A stretch of DNA of 64,000 nucleotides from an uncultured Acidobacteriota bacterium (lineage in GTDB: Bacteria > Acidobacteriota > UBA6911), in NCBI GenBank assembly GCA_963761825.1, contig CAVXIH010000010.1:155554-219553 (forward strand). The letters are read 5' to 3'. Positions 62,733 through 64,000 of the stretch are shown here, in pieces. The notes under the pieces were generated by a model. That model did no database searches. It worked only from the letters and a program-made list of their open reading frames with translations, and was not told the DNA's origin. Positions within the stretch are counted from its first letter, which is position 1. Every line of letters begins with the position of its first letter. The translations under genes and the position numbers were made by a program.

Positions 62733-63997
62733 TTATGGAAGGTATTCCCAGAATTCGGTGCGCAACCAGCGGGTTGCCCGCCGTGTAGCGATTTCAAAAA
62801 TGGTTCGTTTGCCGCAGAGTATTTTGCCTACTCCTGTCATGCCGGCCTTAAGGCTCCCGTCCGAATTTTTCAGCTCTCCCTTCACGATTACGATTTTTTC
62901 CAGGCCGCTCGCTGCCGCTACGGGAGCGATGTTTCTAACGGTCGCCTTATACCATCGCTTTGGAAAGCCGCGAACCTTGATGGTGATGGGAAATCCCACC
63001 TGGACGTCGCCTATCTCCTTTTCCGGCACCGGCATCTCAACGATTACCGTTCCTTCGCTGACTATCTCGCAGAACATAGTTCCCTTATCCAGGAAGTCCC
63101 CGATCCGGTTCTGAAGATAGGACGTGGCCACGACGCCGTCAATCGGGCTCCGTATGTTCAGGAGATCCAATTGACGCCCGAATATATTCAATTGCTCTTC
63201 AAGCTTTTTGACCTGGGATTCCACGGCCCGGATGGATTCTTTGCGGGATCCGGCCCGAAGGATCGTGAGCTCACTTTCAGCCTGAGCCAGCTCCTTACGC
63301 TTTATGTCGCGGCTGCGATCTGTTTGTTCTTCCAGGACTTTCAGCTGTCCTTTTGCCTCCATTAACATCTTTTGCTGCACTTCAAAGGCTGTCCGGGTGC
63401 GATCCGCTTCATTGGCGGCGATAAGACCGGATTCCCGGAGGCGCTGGGTTCTCTCGTGCACCACGCGTGCATTTTCCAGTTCAGCTTCTCTTTTTGCAAC
63501 GGTTTCGAGCAACACAGCCTTTTCCTGCTGAATACGCGCCGCATTATAGAGTTCCGCCTTCTTGGTATCGACAAGCCTCTTGGCTTTTTCAATTTCCTCC
63601 GGGCGGGATCCAGCCTTCAGCAAATCCAATGCCGCCTTTTGTGTCGCCAGTTCGCCCTTGGTTTCTTCGTAGCTGTTGGACAGCTCCAGATTTTCGATTT
63701 CCGCCAGCAGTGCTTCTTTCGCGCGACCTGCTGGCCCTGCTCAACATAGATCTTCTTCAAATTTCCGGAAACCTGCGGCGTCACGGAAACTCTCTGCGAT
63801 GCGATTATCGTGAAATCGCCCGAAATTTTCAGTTCCCATGGCAGGAAACTGGCGATCAGGATCAATATCAAGGCCAAGAGAGCTATGGGAAATTTTCGGA
63901 TACGTAGCTTCACTAGTTGGGTTCCTTTTCCGGAAACGGTCTTATTTTCCCTATTTGCGTTGGGCATTGCCATAAAAAATAACACGGAAACCAACAA
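62733..63997 (-). pseudogene. HlyD-family periplasmic adaptor (secretion/efflux) with a frameshift near 63690-63720
   Basis: The N-terminal TM and VTPQVSGNLKKIYVEQGQQV sit in ORF 63617..63997. The coiled-coil and barrel domains sit in 62733..63629. Confidence 0.7.
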
Positions 63998-64000
63998 AAT

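Noticed and set aside
62682-63365. 227-aa plus-strand ORF
   Set aside because: It is antisense to the HlyD-family gene.

Overview
This window is a moderately GC-rich bacterial chromosomal segment from a diderm (Gram-negative-type) organism with a sigma-54 regulon. No rRNA, tRNA, CRISPR array or recognisable transposase/integrase gene was found. 

The window holds about 45 protein-coding genes in four broad groups. 
- Central-carbon 'oxaloacetate node' genes: GTP-PEPCK, citrate synthase, two tandem LDH-like malate dehydrogenases and aspartate ammonia-lyase. 
- One-carbon folate genes: folD and fhs. 
- Transport genes: two MFS transporters, an Opp/Dpp-type peptide ABC transporter and an HlyD-family adaptor. 
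- Accessory modules, listed next. 

The accessory modules are the most interesting part. 
- A Tat-signal radical SAM gene sits next to a signal-peptide Memo-AMMECR1 fusion (an exported AmmeMemoRadiSam system). It lies 3 bp from a membrane-embedded spermidine-synthase-like gene. 
- A sphingolipid/ceramide-type cluster on the same strand comprises an ACP-serine-palmitoyltransferase fusion, an acyl-ACP synthetase (FAAL), a CerR-like reductase and a convergent GNAT-like acyltransferase. 
- A synthase-dependent exopolysaccharide locus comprises a secreted GH-like protein, a TPR/beta-barrel outer-membrane protein, a HEAT-repeat membrane protein, a GT2 synthase and a GH20 hexosaminidase. 
- A Tat-ferredoxin plus tungsten-type aldehyde:ferredoxin oxidoreductase pair. 
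- A roughly 1800-aa pseudokinase-STAND-TPR-GAF-sigma54 activator. 
- An HD-GYP/GAF/degenerate-GGDEF protein. 
- A lone DUF262 ORF. 

At least ten conserved genes are split by frameshifts that are not at homopolymers: mdh1, AOR (two sites), the SpdS-like gene, fhs (two sites), GH20, the giant regulator (two sites) and hlyD. This pattern suggests either indel-prone assembly or genuine gene decay, and it must be resolved before any function is inferred. 

Other features worth a look are two AT-rich, ORF-poor islands (about 34.0-35.6 kb and 61.3-62.7 kb) and several short GGAATC/ATCGG-type repeat clusters and inverted repeats in intergenic regions.
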